A stretch of DNA of 63,747 bases, filler included, from Olpidium bornovanus S191 (Eukaryota > Fungi > Olpidiomycota), in NCBI GenBank assembly GCA_017911155.1. It is 29 parts of 29 records of this genome, joined end to end, with 100 filler letters (N's around TTAATTAATTAA, not from the genome) between each part and the next. Parts side by side here need not be neighbours in the genome. Positions count along the whole stretch, not along the records: positions 60,444 to 62,567 come from JAEFCI010000319.1; positions 62,668 to 63,747 come from JAEFCI010001279.1; 27 more parts are not named here. One strand, given 5' to 3'. The notes beneath the pieces are model-generated. The model made no database searches. It worked only from the letters and a program-made list of their open reading frames with translations, and was not told the DNA's origin. The position numbers were made by a program, and so were the translations under genes. Below, piece by piece: positions 60,591 through 63,747 of the stretch. The first letter of the stretch is position 1. Every line of letters begins with the position of its first letter.

Positions 60591-61421
60591 GCGTTCGGGC
60601 TTTTAGCGCAGAAGGTGGTGGACGAGACGTCAACGCCGGAAAGCCGGATAGACAGCACGTCTGTCCGGATCCTGGCCCCGCACAACGTGATAGGCCCGTT
60701 AATAGGCAAGGGCGGAGGAAAGATCAAGGAGATGCAGGAGGCGTCCGGGGCGTGTATCATGGCGTCGGAGGCGGTCGTGCCGGATTCTATGGAGCAGACG
60801 GTGACGGTGTCGGGCGCGCCCGAGGCGATACAGTCCGCGCTGTACCAGATCGGCCGGATCCTGCAGGAGCAACCGTCGGTGCCGACGGTACCGTACCGGC
60901 CGTCGGCAAGTCGACCGCCAGCCCTCCCGGCCTACCCTCCCATCCCACCGCCAGCGGGATTGCAGCAGGCGCCGGGGCACCACCAGCCGCAGGCTCAGCC
61001 GGTGTACGCGGATCCCTACGCCACAGTCGGCCCGTACGGCTACCCGGTGCAGCCGTCCGTCCCGCACGCAGCCGGGCCCTTCCATCACCTCGGTCACCCG
61101 CCCGCCCCCGGATCGGTGGTACATCACCCGCGCGCAGCCGCCGCCAGCCCGCAGGCCGCAGCGGCAGCGCCGGCGGGCACGCAGGCGCAGCAGATCTTCG
61201 TTCCGAACGAAATGGTCGGGTGCATCATCGGCAAGGGCGGAGCGCGCATCAACGAGATCAGGCAGCTTTCTGGCTGCACGATCAAGATCGCCGAGCCGAA
61301 CGCTTGGGCCAGCGAGCGGCTCGTCACCATTACCGGCACCCCTGAGGCCAACCAGATGGCGCTTTACCTGCTGTACAGCCGCATCGAACTCGAGAAGAGC
61401 AGGGCCCCGGCCGGGTACTGA
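60591..61421 (+). CDS. KH-domain RNA-binding protein (Pbp2/Rnc1/PCBP type), last exon with KH2 and KH3, 5'-partial
   Basis: VIGPLIGKGGGKIKEMQEASGA and MVGCIIGKGGARINEIRQLSG (GxxG loops), ERLVTITGTPEANQMALYLLY. AAG acceptor at 60588-60590. Confidence 0.9.
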   Translation, partial: AFGLLAQKVVDETSTPESRIDSTSVRILAPHNVIGPLIGKGGGKIKEMQEASGACIMASEAVVPDSMEQTVTVSGAPEAIQSALYQIGRILQEQPSVPTVPYRPSASRPPALPAYPPIPPPAGLQQAPGHHQPQAQPVYADPYATVGPYGYPVQPSVPHAAGPFHHLGHPPAPGSVVHHPRAAAASPQAAAAAPAGTQAQQIFVPNEMVGCIIGKGGARINEIRQLSGCTIKIAEPNAWASERLVTITGTPEANQMALYLLYSRIELEKSRAPAGY

Positions 61422-62667
61422 CGCCCGCGCGTCGGAGGGGTTGGGTGGGGGGAGCAGGGAACCGCTGCTGCTCGTTGGGGAAGAGAGGGGGGAAGGAGGG
61501 TTGGGGGTGGGGGAGTGGGGGGATGGGGAGGGAAGAGAGAGAGGAGGGAGAGGGTGCTCCCTTTGTTCTTAGTCTTACTCGGACGACCAGAAGCAATGTT
61601 GCAGTAGGTTGTAAACCGCAGGAGTTCTATCTTACCCTGTTCGGCCGTTCCTAGTGCAGTACTATTCCGTTCCTAGTACAGTTCTACTCCGTTCCATTCT
61701 TTAACCGCGGACTGTGCGTCCGTTTGCTCGGCTCTACGCGTTAGACTGGTGTCACCGTTCATTTTGCAACTCCGCCTTTCTCCAAACGGCTGTTTCTCCC
61801 CCTCCGCGCCCGGCAACAGGTGTAGGCGGAGTCTCCGGCTGACATGGATCAGGACGGGGTAAGGTCCCTTCCCCACTTCCGACTCCCTCGGCCTTCTGAC
61901 CTTCTTCCAGCGGGCGCAAAGCAGAGCGGACGATGAAAAAGGTTTTGCTGGCTTTTGCGGAAGTCCCCGCCAACCGAAAGAGCATGAACCGAAAGGGGGG
62001 GGGGAAGCCGCGAGGATTTGACCGCGGCAGGCGCCGAAACCACTTGCTACGGAGCCGCAGCACGGCGCAATCCGTAACGCCGTTATTCAAAATCCTTTTT
62101 TGCGAAGTCCGCCGCGCCCCCCCCCCCCGGCACATTTGCGGTTTGTCGGTCGCCTCCTGCGTTGGCTACTTCCCCAAGGGATCGGTGCGGCCGGGAAAAA
62201 AGCACGCGGCCGGGAAAAAGCACGCGCCGTCCCCGCAAGCGAACTTCCCGGCTCTGCGCAACGAACGCACGTTTTGGAACGGGCGGGCGCGAACTTCAGC
62301 GTCCTGCGGTTGCAGCGAGAGGGTTTTCCCCGGGAAAACATCGGCCTCCCCCTCCCCTCGTTTTTAGGACGAAAAGCGCATCCTCAAGAGAAACGAAAAT
62401 GAAGTAAAAAACCCGGGGCGAGCGTCCCTGCCGCGAAACCCCGGCACATGTAATGGATCCCCCGCGACGTGGAGCAATACAACCAAAAGGGTTTCAATGC
62501 CGAGATTGAAAAAAAAACCCCCTAGACCACGGGAAGTAAGCAACATCAACCGCGGAAAACCGGAGGGNNNNNNNNNNNNNNNNNNNNNNNNNNNNNNNNN
62601 NNNNNNNNNNNTTAATTAATTAANNNNNNNNNNNNNNNNNNNNNNNNNNNNNNNNNNNNNNNNNNNN

Positions 62668-63709
62668 CATGAGGCTCACAAGGTCGGGGGATTTGCGACC
62701 GCCCCGGGAAAAGCTGCTACATCACGCGAGCGTCGCTGCGTGCCGGGCAGGCCGGCCGACCTTGAAACGTGCCTTCCTGCCGAGCTTGGCACAACGAACA
62801 CCGTTGAAAAGTTCGCTACACTCGCAATGTTCGAAGAGGAGTCGAACAGATCAGCAAATCTCGCTATGGAGGTGAGTCGGCCGGTGACATACGATAGGAC
62901 GCGAAAGCAGCGGTGACTTCCGACAAAATTTACTGACACGCTAACGGGAAGGTCACCGAGGACGTTGGGCGCGAGAACGACACGCCGGAAACGTACGGTT
63001 CCAACCAGGAGTTTTTCTCGAAGATAGCGACAACGACTGGCTCTGACGTGATGAGCCGAACACGTGGTTTCGACCCGGACCTGAACAGTATACTGAGCCG
63101 TGTTATCAATGCGGGCAGCGGCAACGCCGGCGAACGCGGAATCTGCAAAGCCGCAAGTACCCCCGAAGCACCGGACGTCGTTTCTGCGAACGCCGACAAA
63201 TCGAAGTCGGAAACCCGCACTGGTCTAAATTCGCCGGCAGTACCGAACCAACGCGGAATATCTCCTCTGCCTCTCGCTTTTGATATTCCAAGCCCGTCCG
63301 TGGCCCCAGCAGTCTTTTCCTCCCGGGCGTTTGCCAATCACGTCATACCTTTGGAGGGGCACATGAGCCCAGGGCGGACAGTTCCAGATGTTCTCGGCAG
63401 ACGCGAAAACGACGAAACGGCGCCCCAATTTCCGCCTACCTTGTCTACCACGGCGTTTGCGTCGCCGTCCCCGGCGGCCGACTCTGGGCCCTGTCGACCG
63501 ACCGAAGAGACAGAAGAAGCGTTGCCGCGTCCCGACGTCCCGACGGGAAGTTTCACGGATTGGACGTCGGAACTGTCATACCACGCGGAATACAGCCGGT
63601 GCATATGCGTGGACGCTGTGTGCTCGCCCTGCGCCCCCATCGTCGAAAGCCGTCGCTCGGGCCGGAAAAAGCCTCGCTCCCTGCCTTCTTCGCCGGAGCT
63701 TCTTCCGCA
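62668..63709 (+). CDS. Internal exons of a Ser/Pro-rich hypothetical protein
   Basis: Open frame from the contig start to a GTGAGT donor near 62870, CAG acceptor near 63009, then open frame to CAG|GTGAGC at about 63710. No family recognised. Confidence 0.35.
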
Positions 63710-63747
63710 GGTGAGCCTTCCTTGCGCGGCGTGAGAACCGGGCCATG

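Overview
This window is not one locus. It is 29 short contigs (about 1-4.7 kb) joined by 28 identical 100-bp spacers (44 N + TTAATTAATTAA + 44 N), so gene order across spacers has no biological meaning. The DNA is eukaryotic, GC-rich and intron-rich (GT-AG introns, CTRAY branch points). It looks fungal (Chs7, Ssk2-type MAPKKK, Ipi1, a chitin-deacetylase-like N-terminus) and probably comes from an early-diverging, zoosporic-type lineage; the fragmented, homopolymer-rich style recalls Olpidium-type drafts, which is inference only. Recognisable, mostly partial genes: SDR oxidoreductase, CHS7, FHIP/FAM160, a CUE-domain protein, a CDKN3-like phosphatase, a Cdh1/Cdc20 APC activator, Ssk2, a PPR-like mitochondrial protein, a UBX protein, NAF1, an NTF2-like protein, cardiolipin synthase, an M12B metalloprotease, IPI1 and a KH-domain RNA-binding protein. 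Mobile DNA: a decayed Ty1/copia element apparently inserted into a Ty3/gypsy-like element, plus smaller relics. The most interesting signal is a five-exon rhodopsin-family (class A, opsin-like) GPCR at 58960-60236 that the ORF track shows only in pieces; its contig ends a few codons before the retinal-lysine position. Also notable: a reprolysin protease that stops right after its catalytic domain, a cysteine-rich modular protein, and about 40% of contig ends falling on CATG. No rRNA, tRNA or CRISPR array was seen. All family assignments rest on motif recognition by eye, not database searches.
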